Shown here one piece after another: positions 26,739-39,713 of a stretch of DNA of 64,000 nt (positions are counted from its first letter, which is position 1; every line of letters begins with the position of its first letter). Under the pieces are notes generated by a model, which saw only the letters and a list, made by a program, of their open reading frames with translations, ran no database searches and was not told where the DNA came from. This DNA is from Tubiluchus corallicola (lineage: Eukaryota; Animalia; Priapulida): positions 47,343-111,342 of the forward strand of contig JAQGDQ010000694.1 of the NCBI GenBank assembly GCA_030141605.1, in the 5' to 3' direction. Both the position numbers and the translations under genes were made by a program.

Positions 26739-29700
26739 AAAATGACCATGTATATTATTTTCGTACTGGTAATGCTTGATAATGCGTTAGATTCTAACAT
26801 TTCCACATTCATCTCCATTAATGTCTCTGTTGCTGAGTTTTGGAACTTACCTTGCAGAATGCTAAATGGTATATACAAAAAGTATTGTATTAAAGTTTCA
26901 TCAAAAAGTGAAGACCATTATTTCACCGTTGCAGTGAAAATCATTATTTTTGTGTTTTCGAATTATAGGTACAAAGTGTTAATTTCAAAAAATTCATAGA
27001 ATATACTTTGTGATTTTTGACCATGTGTATTTGCAATCATTTAGCGCACTGTGCTTAGTCGTACATAATTACATACACTCCTGAAGCTCTTTCAGAAGCT
27101 GCTTGGAAACTGAAATATTACTGTATGCAGTTGACATTTTTCTTTTAATCAGTCTTCAATGTCACCTTCGTTTTTTGTTAAAACGAACACTCTAACTCAT
27201 CAGTCACTGGGAAGGTTTGTCAAGTTTTAAAACAGTGTTGTATATGACTTAGTTGGCATTAACTTTGTAAGTAATGATTGTATATAAGTTACATTTATTT
27301 TTCATGCAGTTTAAGGCCGATGATCTTGACACTTTATACATGTTTGCTAAGTTTCAATACGAGTGCGGCAATTATTCAGGAGCAGCTGAGTTTCTAGATT
27401 TCTACAGAGTTTTGGTAAGTTTCTGTGCTAATTTTAAAAAAAAATAGTTAATGGTCAAACAACAATCAGTGGACTTTAGTATACAGCAAAAAACAGCAAA
27501 AAAGCGTACACAAATGGAACGCTTTGTTTAAAAATTAACAACAAAATTACAATGCTTGCTGGAGATGTGTTTAAAAATTATGGTGTTGGCTGGCCAAAGC
27601 ACTCATCATTAATAGCTAACACCATACTTCCACATCTCACCTAATATCTACAGTCATGCCTCTGTTTTCGACCATAATTCGTTCCTAAAAAGTGTTTGAA
27701 AACTGATTTGGTTCTGAACCGAATCATTTATTCTCATAAGAAATAATGTGGAAAGCAAATAATCAGTTCTCAAGCACCAAATGAACTGTAAAGTATTACT
27801 AAAACGAAATATAATAATGCAAAAATGTTTATTCAAACAGTAGATATGATATAATTGGTAAGAAAAACAATAGAATTACTTACAAAGAAAAAAATATTTA
27901 GAGTGAAAAACCGAATTGTTCCTACATGAAAAAGTAAAAAAAAATAAGCGTAGAAAGCAGTTAGCGATGTTAGGCGATTCAAATGTTGTGCGTGACTACT
28001 TTCGGGTGCGGTCGGTTACGCTCGGCTCTACTCGGCTCGCCGCACATGCGTTTATCACGTGTTTGGCAGTTGGTCGAGAACGGAGGCAATTTCAGCTCGA
28101 ATTTTCTGGTCAAAAACTGATTTGTACGAGTACGGAGACGTTCGAAAACGGAGGTATGACTGTATTTTGAAATATTGTAAACCAAGCTAACTCATTTTTT
28201 TTTAAAAGTGTTCTTGTTATACATTTATGGCAGTAACAGAACACTACTTTAGAATTGTTGACCACGTCTTTATTTATTCAAAATAAGCATTCATGAAATT
28301 CTTGCACTTTAAAGTCATTTTAATAATTATAAAAAAAAACGTTATTGAACTGTTTTGCATTTTCCTTCAATGTTAAAAAAATGTTCCCATCTTCCCAGAG
28401 TCTTGCCTTTTCTCTACACATTGACTGGTGAGAATACAGTAGGCGCTGCTTAATAGACTCACAGTTGATAGACTCGGTCGCTTAATTGACTCAAAAATGC
28501 CTGGTACTGGCCGCTTCTATTCAAATGTACGTAAAAACTGTCGGTAATTCACTCAAATAACTCCGCGTAATTGACTCTATTTTATTCCTTCACATACTTA
28601 AAGTAAGACATTTGTATGCGCCCGAAGAGCCTTTCCTACTTTTATGTCATATTTACTTTGCTTTTGCGCACTATAACATATGTAGGAACAATCTTGTTAA
28701 GTACCGTATTGTTTGTAAGCAGGTACGTTTATCATGCGTTAATACGGTAGCGTAGCGATTTTGCTTTGAATCTGTTACCTGCTCGCCCACTGCAATTAAC
28801 CTCCTTACCCAAGATTCTGGGAGCTAAACATTTAATCACTTGTCTAGCGGTTTCCATTTAATGCTCTCCTTGCAAATCACGCTTTCAGGCTTAATGAGTT
28901 AACAATCAAAGATGCAGGTACAGTAATCAGCCAGTATTCCTTGTTACTTACAAGAGTAATTGTCATACAGCAAATAAGAGCATAGAGTTAAGAAGTTTGA
29001 AATTTTGCAGCTCTAGCACGCCAAATGCTAAATAATAACAATAATAATAATCTTTATTTAAAGTCGGCTTTTGGGTCAACAATTAACATTAGCTCAAAGA
29101 GCTATTATCGCCGACTGTAAATAACAACTTACAACTACATAACAGAGATTATTATTACCCCACTTTTACCCTAAATACCCTGCGTCATTCAGGGCAAAGC
29201 AGGTACCATTTTTAAAGTCTTTGGTATGACCCAGCCGCTGGTTCGAACTCACGACCTCCCAGACGGACAGCAGACATATTACCACTAGACTAAACCATCT
29301 GGTCAAAATATTTGAAATACGTGCATCACACAGCAACAGATTTTCAACGTTTTTATAATTATGAGAAATTTAGGAGCCAACTTTGCGACAAAATGAAGCA
29401 GCCGACATGAAAGAAATTTTTGGTAATTTTTGCAAATAAACAGATTTATTTGATTTAGAAAAGCATAGCTTTGAATTTATTGCTAATTCACTTATCTAAA
29501 TTAATATTTTGAAATATTTTTTTAAATTTTTAACTGCACAAAGGAATTTAGGCAGTACTTTGTTGTTGAAATTCATTCAAAGCCTTTGTAGTGCATAGTA
29601 AGCTGGTGTCTCATACCTGTAGTCCAGTAATACTACACCTGTCGACTAATAGGTTCAATCAGTTAATTGGGTCAAAACACTACGGTTCCAAAGTGAGTCT

Positions 29701-32206
29701 ATTAAGCGGCGCCCTCTGTAATATCTTCCATAGTGTCATTAATTCAAGTATCTCATTAATAATACTAATAGTGTCATTATTTTCTCGTGTATTAATATAT
29801 CTACTCTATGGAGCTTTTATTAATTTTGAAACGTCTCAGTTTTAAATTTTCTTATAAGCATCAATTGTAACTGTGTTTTAAAGCATTGTTTAATATCTTT
29901 TGTTTATGAAATTATAAGATTTCATGTTGTGCAATCTGTTTTCTAATTTGCAGGACAGATGGCAGCAGCTGATTGTTGTATATCACAATTCATATGATTT
30001 GTTATTTTTTAAATCTTTTTATCAATAATAGAAATAAATGTGTTAATTGTAATACCATCTTACAAATTTCTTTATTGTTTGGTTTTGTAGGCACCGGGTC
30101 ACGATAAGAATTACCTGCCAGCACTGTGGGGAAAGCTTGCATCGGAGATTTTAATGCAAAATTGGGATAATGCTTTAGAAGATCTAAACAGATTAAAGGA
30201 CATCATAGATTCTAACGTATGAGATCTACTTTCTGTTAGTACAATATGAAGTTGTGTACACTATGTACAATATATAGTACAAAGGGTGACTTAATCGGAT
30301 TAGTATAGATATGGTCTATCAGGGTACTAGAGTTTTTTGATATTCTTGTTGGTCTTGTAATTAGAAGAACAAATTGACTAGAAAATAACATTTAAGCAGG
30401 GATGAGAATTTTCCACAGATACGCAGAATTCCGAGTTTTTGGAAGACCAGTAGTACCATTTTTGTAAATCGCGTAAATTCGTTGAGAAAATTTTTACGGA
30501 CCCTGTACATTATTTCACAAGCTGACCGCTAGTTGGCAGGCCGTCACTTTGTTTACATCACGTACATCAGTGTAACCACGTGTGTATCTCTATGTATAAA
30601 AATATAGAATCAATTGTGCGGAGTTATTTGAGTCAATTGCAGACAGTTTTTATATACTTTTGCATAGGAGCGGCCAGTACTTGGGCGTTTCTGAGACAAT
30701 TAGGTATCATGTATCCTTGATAGTTGGGTATTTTAAATTATGCATGAAACAAGGTAACTGATATTTTAAGTCAACTTAAAGGTTCTCTATGGTCACAAAA
30801 TTGAAATTTGTTGCTGGCTCCAAGAGGGCTTTGCCCCTCAACCACATTGGGGGGCCTAGGTGGCCCCAAAACCCCGGCTTGTTTCAGAGTTTTTTGCAAT
30901 TTGTCTTTCTCATCCGTGCATTTAAGTAATTAGAAATATATGGTATGCTTTCGAACTGTAATAAATTTAAATTAATGTCACCACGTAGGTAAACTATACT
31001 ACCAGATTGTTGAATAGCAGTTAATGCACGGTCCATTTCGTCTATAAAATGCGTAACAGGTGAATACGGATATAACGCTGATGGGGTGTCTGGCTATGCG
31101 TTGGTGGTTATTAATGGGAATGAGATATGGACACATATAACCAGATCTACAATCAATTGTTTGTTTAGAAAGATTGATCGGTTTTAATGAGGCTAATTTA
31201 TGCATAAAGTTGAAGGACTGATGTGATCTGCTACAACAATCGCGTGCGAAGATTTTCACTTTCATTCATTTTTGCTTTTTGCCGCCAATTTCTGCGGAAA
31301 ATTCCGTGGAAGTTTCTGACTTACGTTAATGTTTTTTCTAGGCGTTCGGTTCACCCTTGCAGTCGTTACAGCAGAGAACGTGGTTGATACATTGGAGTCT
31401 ATTTGTCTTCTTCAATCATCCAAAGGGAAGAGATCTCATTATTGACATGTTTTTGTACCAGAACCAGTAAGCACTATTTTGTTACTGATCTTTTTGTAGT
31501 TGTGCCACAATTCATTACTCTAGTAGGTGAAGTGAAAAGTTAGGTGGTCAAGATCTGTGGTTAATGACTGAAGTTCAGCAATGCCGAGACTGGTCAGTGA
31601 ATGGACGAGTGATTGTTCATGTTCAGCGCTCGCTTTGAACAGCTTCATTTATCACACTTTGTTCGGACTGTTACAGCTTTGAGGGAGGATGCATTCACAT
31701 CCGAAATTTTAGATGATTTAGCTTTATAATGAGCTGCTAGGTTTTGGTTTTGCTATCTTTTCCATAAGTAGGCCCCCTACTATTGAGCCCTAGTTTCCTG
31801 CTTACAGAGTGCAGCGTCGTGTGAGAACAAAGTAAGCTTGACGTCAGACCAACATTTTTATTAACTTTTCTGACTTTTATGCAGTGTTACCTCATTATTT
31901 GCTATTGGAAAGACTAAGCTTTAAGTATGTTTAGCCTCGTGCAAGTTATGTTCTTTAATGGTTAACGAACCTTTTATTATTTTAGTTCTTAATCTTGCAT
32001 GATATTCTGAATGACCTAATCTGTGAAGTAGGATTTACCAGAAATGCTGTGTAACAAATTGAATAATTAGTGAAAATGTTCCGTGGAGATATGGAGACAG
32101 AAACAGAGAAAGGGGGAGAAAAGGGGGGAAGAAGGGCGAGTGGGAAAGGGAGAGAAAAAGTGTGAGGAAGCGGGAAGGAGAAAGAGAAAGATGGGAAAGA
32201 GAGGAA

Positions 32207-32237
<31 letters not shown>

Positions 32238-35200
32238 AAGAAAGAGAGAGAGAGAATTGAGAGAAAGAGAGAGAGGAGAAAGAGTGAGAGAGAATGAGAG
32301 ATAGACAGAGAGAGAGGGAGAGAGAGAGAGAGAGAGAGAATTGAGAGAAAGTGAGAGAGAGAGGGAGGGCAAGAGAGAGAGGGAGAGAGAGTGAGAGAGA
32401 GAGAAAGAGAGGGAGAGAGAGTGAGAGAGAGAGAGAGAGAAGGGTGAGAAAGAGATAAGAGGGAAATTTAAATTATTTGTCTTTTCAACTCCTTTACTTA
32501 ATATCTTGTTTTGTTGAAGGTATCTTAATGCAATTCAGACCATGTGTCCGCACATCCTACGCTACTTGACTACAGCAGTCATCACCAATAAGCGTCGACG
32601 CACCGTGCTGAAGGACCTAGTGAAGGTGATACAACAGGAATCTTACACGTATCGAGATCCAATCACAGAGTTTTTAGAATGTTTGTACGTCAACTTTGAC
32701 TTTGATGGAGCTCAGGAAAAACTCAGAAAATGCGAAAGTGTATGTATGCGTTATCTTGTATTGAGGTCTGCAAGCATTTGCTGGTTACTACTGTACGTAT
32801 GCGTTATCTTGTATTAAGGTCTGCAAGCATTTGCTGGTTACTACTGTATGTCTTTTGAAGATTTTCGGCAAAGGTGATAAAGCTTGACATCTTTTTACAA
32901 AAGCTAATCATTTTTCTGTCTTGTCAAAGCCATTGGTGATTCGCTTTGTTCAAGTCAGCCTTTGTTTACAATAGGGAAAGACAATTCGGTAATTGTGAAT
33001 ATTTGAAGTGGTAATTAACGACTGATGCGTGGTTTTGGAAAAATGTTAGCGCGATTGATAATATTACTAATTAGTAATTATTATAATTTCTACCTTGATT
33101 TAGTTATAGGTTATATACTTTAATTATAGATTTGGATTTTTTTTGCCTCTCAGTGTTCATGATCTTTGCGCTCTGCGCTTATTGAGGCTAAACTGCTGAA
33201 ATTTAGAAGCTGAACAAATTATAGGTTGCAGATTGTAAATTATTTTGTGTCTTATGATTCAGTAAATCTGTTTTAAAAAGGGTGGTTCACACTTATTTGA
33301 TATTTGTGTGTTTAATACCGTTTTTTCCTTTTTAGGTTCTTATAAATGATTTTTTCCTGGTTGCCTGCTTAGACGATTTTATTGAGAATGCCCGACTATT
33401 TATATTCGAGACATTTTGTCGAATCCATCAGTGCATTAGCATCAACATGCTGGCTGAAAAATTAAACATGACACCGGAAGAAGCTGAGAGGTGGATCGTC
33501 AACTTGATACGTAATGCAAGATTAGATGCCAAAATAGATTCTAAACTGGTAAATCTATTTTTATAGTTTAGACATAGAGATAGACATAGAACATTTATTT
33601 TCTCCAATTAGTTTAACATCAAAAGTTTTTTAAATATTAAGTAATTATAATCATGGAGCAGGGCAGGGAAGGACCATAGGGTCATCTAGTCTCCTGCCCT
33701 TTAGTCTTTAGTGACTTGTCCTTTCCTTTAATACACCACAAACAGTTTAAATGATAACAATAAAATAGATCCACATGCTAAGTGACTTGTCCTTTCCTTT
33801 AACCACCACAAGAAGTTTAAATGATAACAGTAAAATAGATCCACATGCTAAGTGACTTGTCCTTTCCTTTAACCACCACAAACAGTTTAAATGATAACAG
33901 TAAAATAGATCCACATGCTAAGTGACTTGTCCTTTCCTTTAACCACCACAAACAGTTTAAATGATAACAGTAAAATAGATCCACATGCTAAGTGACTTGT
34001 CCTTTCCTTTAACCACCACAAACAGTTTAAATGATAACAGTAAAATAGATCCACATGCTAAGTGACTTGTCCTTTCCTTTAACCACCACAAACAGTTTAA
34101 ATGATAACAGTAAAATAAACCCACATGCTAAGTGACTTGTCCTTTCCTTTAACCACCACAAACAGTTTAAATGATAACAGTAAAATAAATCCACATGCTA
34201 AGTGACTTGTCCTTTCCTTTAACCACCACAAACAGTTTAAATGATAACAGTAAAATAAACCCACATGCTAAGTGACTTGTCCTTTCCTTTAACCACCACA
34301 AACAGTTTAAATGATAACAGTAAAATAAACCCACATGCTAAGTGACTTGTCCTTTCCTTTAACCACCACAAACAGTTTAAATGATAACAGTAAAATAGAT
34401 CCACATGCTAAGTGACTTGTCCTTTCCTTTAACCACCACAAACAGTTTAAATGATAACAGTAAAATAGATCCACATGCTAAGTGACTTGTCCTTTCCTTT
34501 AACCACCACAAACTGTTTAAATGATAAGAGTAAAATAGATCCACATGCTAAGTGACTTGTTCTTTCCATTAACCACCACAAACAGTTTAAATGAGAACAG
34601 TAAATAGATCCACATGCTAAGTGACTTGTCCTTTCCTTTAACCACCACAAACAGTTTAAATGAGAACAGTAAAATAGATCCACATGCTAAGTGACTTGTC
34701 CTTTTCTTGAAGAAGTCACGAAGTACCCAGCACAATAACATGTTTTGCCTTAGGCTTTCTATTAAACAAACAAACAACTTTTTTTCTTTTCAAAAATAAC
34801 TTTACAATAATTATAACTAAATTGGTTCAGTTAACATTACGATGTCTAAACTTTAGGTTTGTGTGGTCACGTATTTCAACATTAAGCATATTGGCTTCTT
34901 ACAAAGTGTACAAAATTATCTTAGGGTCATGTTGTCATGGGAACGCAAGCCGTTTCACCGTACCAACAAGTGATAGAAAAAACGAAATCACTTTCATTCC
35001 GTTCCCAACTGCTTGCTATGAACATAGAGAAGAAACTTGGCTCAAAAGCTCAAGATGGGGTAAGATGAATTTCCTTTGCATTTATTTTGTTGCCTGTAGT
35101 TTAGTAAATAATTGTGCGATAAAAGGAATTATTATGATATCTAAGAATGTCGTGATATTCACAGTATGAGTCGTCACTGGAGTGCTTTCTTGTGCCTGTG

Positions 35201-36464
35201 AAAATATTAAAGCAAAACCGGACCAAATCTTAAACTGAAGGTCAAAACAAGCCTCTCTTTAAAATATTGAAAGGAAACATACTATTTTTTCAAAAATGAC
35301 TTAGGTGAAAGAATTATTACCACTCAAACACAATTCCGTGTTCGCGCCACTAGTTCTTCACTGTTACATGCATTCCGCCATTCGCTAGTTAGATTGGCAC
35401 TAGCACCTGCATTTCGGAAACGCATTGCAAAAAAACAGGTGCTGTACCTCTCAGTTCAGATGTCTTAGTTTGTGACACACATTCGCCTGCTCTTGCGTGA
35501 GTACAGCCGTAAATTTAAAACTTGAATTTTTACCTTAAAACTTGCCAAGTTTTAGTAAAACACACTGAATATCTTACAGAAGCACTGTACTTCAATTTTT
35601 ACTTTTGCAAACGCGTGCAACACGCTCGTGGAATATTTTTGCTGTTGAAAATTGTGTTAGTTTCTAACATTACCAATAGTTGGGCTCGTGTCCCATTAAT
35701 TAAATTCTTAATCTATTATTTAATTATCAGGAATGCTTTTGCAGTATTAATTGTGTTAAAATGTATACTTCTTATCGGACTTGAAAGTGGGGTAGTATAT
35801 GAAAAATCATCGTGTCTTTTCACACTTTTCAACAAAATTGATTTAAATGTTTTTGTATTTGCTTTCCTATCTCTGCAGTGTAATAATATACATGAATTAT
35901 TCAAAAGATGAAAAGGTTATTAATGCAGTTTTTAAGGCAGTGTCCCTGGCAAATGAAATTCGAAATTATCATATTGTGTAACATTATCGTCATAACTTAT
36001 CTAATAAATCAATACATCAAACGGAAGGCCTCAATATAGTGTCGTGCCATTGGGGGTTTATTTTTCAAACGACCTCCAAAAATGGCCATTTTTTGCGAAA
36101 CTTATATGTCTGAGATCTGAAGAACGGGAACGGGCCGAGAGCGGTGCTGGCTATGGATAGATAGCCCGTTCAGCGGTGGGTGTAGTAGGCACATTTAGAA
36201 TTTACGAGAGGGCTACGGCGTTCCGTAAAGGACGTTTTCCCGGACCCAACTCAGATTTTTTCAAAATTTTGAACAGCATGCAGAAAAAACGTTGGTGGGA
36301 CTCTCGGAAGGAGATATAGGGTTCTCTAGAAAAAGGAATTTGTTATTAATGAATAATTGTCAGTTTGTTAAACTATTACAGCACTAAAACGCTCAGTAAC
36401 GTAAACATGAATTGAGCTCATCATTTAATTTGTGTTTGTGTAGGTACCACAGTGGGGCGAATGA
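23932..36464 (+). CDS. EIF3E: Eukaryotic translation initiation factor 3 subunit E (Int6), complete, 437 aa, 11 coding exons
   Basis: Exons 23932-24021, 25150-25267, 25916-26033, 26497-26539, 27310-27414, 30091-30216, 31342-31466, 32520-32739, 33336-33548, 34925-35059, 36444-36464. All introns GT-AG with consistent phases (1314 nt). [26 protein letters not shown]...[13 protein letters not shown]...[18 protein letters not shown]...VPQWGE*. Confidence 0.97.
25382..25891. repeat. Unclassified (TA)n-associated interspersed repeat; copies at 26738-27083 and a related piece at ~36018-36100
   Basis: A ~345-bp block aaaatg(g/a)ccatgtatattattttcg...catacactcctga is near-identical in eIF3e introns 2 and 4, each downstream of a TA run. 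Confidence 0.8.
26105..26359 (-). mobile_element. Partial copy of the Tigger/pogo-like MITE at 39714-40099
   Basis: Reverse complement of the 39714-40030 region, including TIR gtccggtttaacgagggtcgactg followed by TA. Confidence 0.8.
28437..29718. mobile_element. Tigger/pogo-like non-autonomous element with nested SINE
   Basis: TIRs CAGTAGGCGCTGCTTAATAGACTCAC / GTGAGTCTATTAAGCGGCGCCCTCTG, TA flanks. Confidence 0.75.
29150..29304 (-). mobile_element. tRNA-derived SINE
   Basis: A box TAGTCTAGTGG and B box GAGTTCGAACC, then GGGTCATACCAAAGACTTTAAAAATGGTACCTGC; no proper cloverleaf acceptor stem. Confidence 0.75.
30397..30918. mobile_element. hAT MITE family A, copy 1
   Basis: TIR CAGGGATGAGAA / TTCTCATCCGTG; perfect 8-bp TSD CATTTAAG. 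Confidence 0.9.
32092..32463. repeat. GA-rich microsatellite / polypurine tract
   Basis: Direct reading; ends ~55 nt upstream of the eIF3e exon 8 acceptor. Confidence 0.95.
32740..32851 (+). repeat. 53-bp tandem duplication starting at the eIF3e exon 8 donor
   Basis: gta(t/c)gtatgcgttatcttgtatt...ggttactact at 32740 and 32793; partial third start at 32846. Confidence 0.9.
33568..33700 (-). mobile_element. CR1-type LINE/SINE 3' terminus
   Basis: gggcagggaaggaccatagggtcatctagtctcctgccc hairpin and (catag)-type tail repeats resemble the reverse complement of the CR1 3' UTR end. Confidence 0.6.
33709..34703. repeat. 70-bp minisatellite, ~14 copies
   Basis: Unit taaaatagatccacatgctaagtgacttgtcctttcctttaaccaccacaaacagtttaaatgataacag. 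Confidence 0.97.
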
Positions 36465-36725
36465 GTGTGAAACATCTTCAGTGTTGCTGAACTGCTGTGC
36501 TGAGAATGAGATGAACATCCTGGATTTTTCAATGGCAAATTTTTAGACGATACAAAAAAATCAAATAGCACCGTCATTGACGTCAAATGTCAAATTTATT
36601 AGCCAATATGGAATCGTTACAGATTTCTTGTAATGTATGCCAGTTTTCGAAACAGTGATTAAAGATTTCAGTTTCTACTATTAATTTTAGTGGAGAAGAC
36701 ATATTATATTTTATTTATTATATTT

Positions 36726-37187
36726 GAATTATTATACGAATGTGTTAGCTTCTAATGAAATCGTCTTCAATATTGGGCAAGAAGAGACAAATGTGACTAT
36801 CTTCAAATAAGAAGTTAAACTTAGTTTTTCATTGATATGTTTATTCATGAAGGAGAAATATATATAAGTAACATCACGCATGTAAACTAAATACTACATG
36901 TGTATGCAACTATCTTAAATTTGTGTTTATGTAAATTCATGTTGTACCATTAGGTTTGGTTGAAATTGTTTTTTCAGATTTTTATTAAACATACATCTTT
37001 ATCCACCTTTGCTAGCTACAAGCGAAATATTCATTTTTTTTCCTTTCTTTGGCCTCATGTACTAATCATAATATTAATTTTAAATACGTAAAGTTTAACT
37101 TCTTATTTAAAGATAGTCACGTCTGTCTCTTCTTGCCCAATATTGAAGATGATTTCATTAGAAACTAACACATTCGTATAATAATTC
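36726..37187. mobile_element. MITE-like element with ~95-bp terminal inverted repeats
   Basis: 36726-36821 is the reverse complement of 37091-37187 with a few mismatches. Confidence 0.8.
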
Positions 37188-37807
37188 GTGAATTTTTTAA
37201 ACTAAAACCAGAAACATAACTATGCTACATGGAATTCAAAACATGCAGCCCCATTCAGTACGGTGCCTTTTTTACAAAGATGCACAGCAGGTAGAAACAT
37301 CCGATTGGCTCATAATTTAAGGTTTCAACAGCATCGAAAACTAATACTAAAATAAAATATCTCCATGCTGGTTATACTGAAACAGCATGAAGTCCAGCAA
37401 TAAATAGTAAAAATAATCAAGCTTGCACTTACAATGTCTAAAACATAATATACCACCTTCTCACAGATTAAGCAGGATGCACTTAAAGCATCTAGTGTCA
37501 TAAGCATAAATGTAACAGTTTGATACAAAGATAGCAATTCAAAACGTGCTGCCTTAAAAAGCTAGAGTCAACATATCAAAATACGAAACATCACAGTAAT
37601 TTTCTTTAAAAATAAGCTAAAGTGGCGGAGTACGTCTGGCTAGCAATATAGTCGAAAGAAGCAAAAACGGAACATTTCACCTAGGTTTAATTCTACACAT
37701 TTTAGAGCATGTCGCTAGACAACAGTAGCATTTCTAAAAAAGAACAGGTTCAAGTATTTCAGCTTTCCGAAGTATTCACTGTTTTGTAGGAAAGAAATGC
37801 TTTTTAA

Positions 37808-38426
37808 CCCTTATAGGGTCACCGGGTCGTAAAGAATTACCCCCAGACAGGTTTTTTACATTTTACCCTTTTACCATACGCATCCCAGTAAACCTTTTCT
37901 ATGACTTTTTCTAAATATGTTTTGTGCACAAAATACTTTCAGTTATTTATTTTAGGCGCGTTGTCTCACCACGAAATAAAAGTGAAAATGCAATATGTCG
38001 ATTTTTTAAAATTGTCGAAACTTTACTTCGCTTGTCTATACATTATACGGACGATGTATCTGATAAAACAAAATGTCAGACGTCTGTATGCTGACGTAGA
38101 ACTAGTCTACTCACATCTACAAAGACAATGAGATCATAAAGTCACTCATCATCTTCAGATATGGCAAACGGGCAAGCAATGCAAGAATACATGATCATCT
38201 TATTCGCATGCTTCCCACAAACGAAATTGTTGCACTTGTAAGTCACATGTCTTTAAGCATAGGTATAATGTATCCTATGGTGGTCAGCATAACAACAAAT
38301 TATGCTTTTGCTGTTTACTAATGAAACACGGCGGTTTATCAAAAGTAATTTACGAATTACGGTGAGGGTAATTTTCTACCCCCCGGTTACCAAAATCGGT
38401 TGTAAAAAATCGTGACCCTATAAGGG
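37808..38426. mobile_element. piggyBac-derived non-autonomous element, copy 1
   Basis: TTAA TSDs; TIR CCCTTATAGGGTCAC; internal minus-strand YKCNNFVCGKHANKMIMYSCIAC resembles the piggyBac cysteine-rich C-terminus. Confidence 0.88.
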
Positions 38427-39713
38427 TTAAATGAACCCTTTAAGCTCCCATGAGTATGTCATAAATACCCTCAGTAGATGAATAGACTAGAGTTACTACG
38501 TAAGATAATACATCCATTAATAATATACACACAAACAATACACACTGTTATCCCTAAGAGCATGGTAAACTAATATATATAAACTGCTCATGGAGTTGTT
38601 TACATGTTTACAAACAATGTAAGCCACCAGAATCAGTGCATTTGTATTTCATTAACTAAGCACCATTTTAATAAACAAAATGTGGGTAAGTTTTTGCCGG
38701 ATTTGGTTAATTTGGGATTTAAAAGAAAAGTCTACATACAGAGGATAAAAAAAGACAGATTGTTTAGGTAAGTTAAAAATGATGGTTTGTTTATTAACTA
38801 TTCAACTTGTGGTGAAAAACTGAAGACGTGTGGAGATTTAGAAATGGGAAAGTAGACAACATTCTGACTATAAACGGTGAAGTTAGAACAAAGATGATTT
38901 GTCTCAGGACTGCAGCTAGTTTCTTTTAACCCACAAGTAGTCTATTCTAACAGAAACCAACTGCTCATTTTTTTGTTGTGTTAGGCATCGAGCCGTAATG
39001 TTGACCAACTCCAAAACTGCAGCAACTTGTGTCACGAAGCTTGCAGGACAGAAGAAGGGGTTAAGTGGTATGGTTAAAAAATGAGATTATGTATCGTCGG
39101 CTCAAGATAGGCGACAAAAGGTGAAAATCAGGGATAACTGCTCAGTTACACACTTGTAAACCGCACTTTCCAGGCATAGTCAAGTGATTAGTAACTAGTA
39201 CCACGCATAATGGTCACTCCAAAAAGCGCGATAATCTACAGTTTTAGACCAGAGTAGAATACATTAGACAGGCATAATTAAGCGATAAAACAGTCACGCT
39301 TAAAGATTTGGTTCCGTCTGGTTAATGTAAATTAACTGCAGGGCTGAGACAAGTTGTGTGCTGCTGCAACTAGAAATTCTCACCAAAAGCAACAACAATT
39401 TGTGACAAAGTAAATAGAGTACACAATTATGAGTGACAGCATAAATGCTACAAATGTGTTATTAACTAATATCGCATAAATTGTAAGTGTATCGAGGTAC
39501 TGACAAGTTGGTTACACCATTTCATTTCCGTAACTGTCTTTTGCATTGTCACACATCCACTTAAAGAGCATTTTGAAAAATGGAGTTCAAACTTTATATT
39601 TACAGGCATTAACTAAGTCTGAAATTATTTAAACTAAATCATGTTTTCCAAACGTTTCACCTTTCCAAAATAAGTATCTGCACGTGCAGTGTGTGCTTTG
39701 TGCTTTACAATTA

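Noticed and set aside
29230-29304. tRNA gene
   Set aside because: A and B boxes are present but there is no convincing cloverleaf, and it runs into a SINE body.
32035-32372. SL-rich and ER-rich ORFs
   Set aside because: Translations of the GA microsatellite.
37901-38131. Duplicated small ORF MTFSKYVLCTKYF... (also 46615-46815)
   Set aside because: Shared interior of two piggyBac-derived MITE copies, not a gene family.
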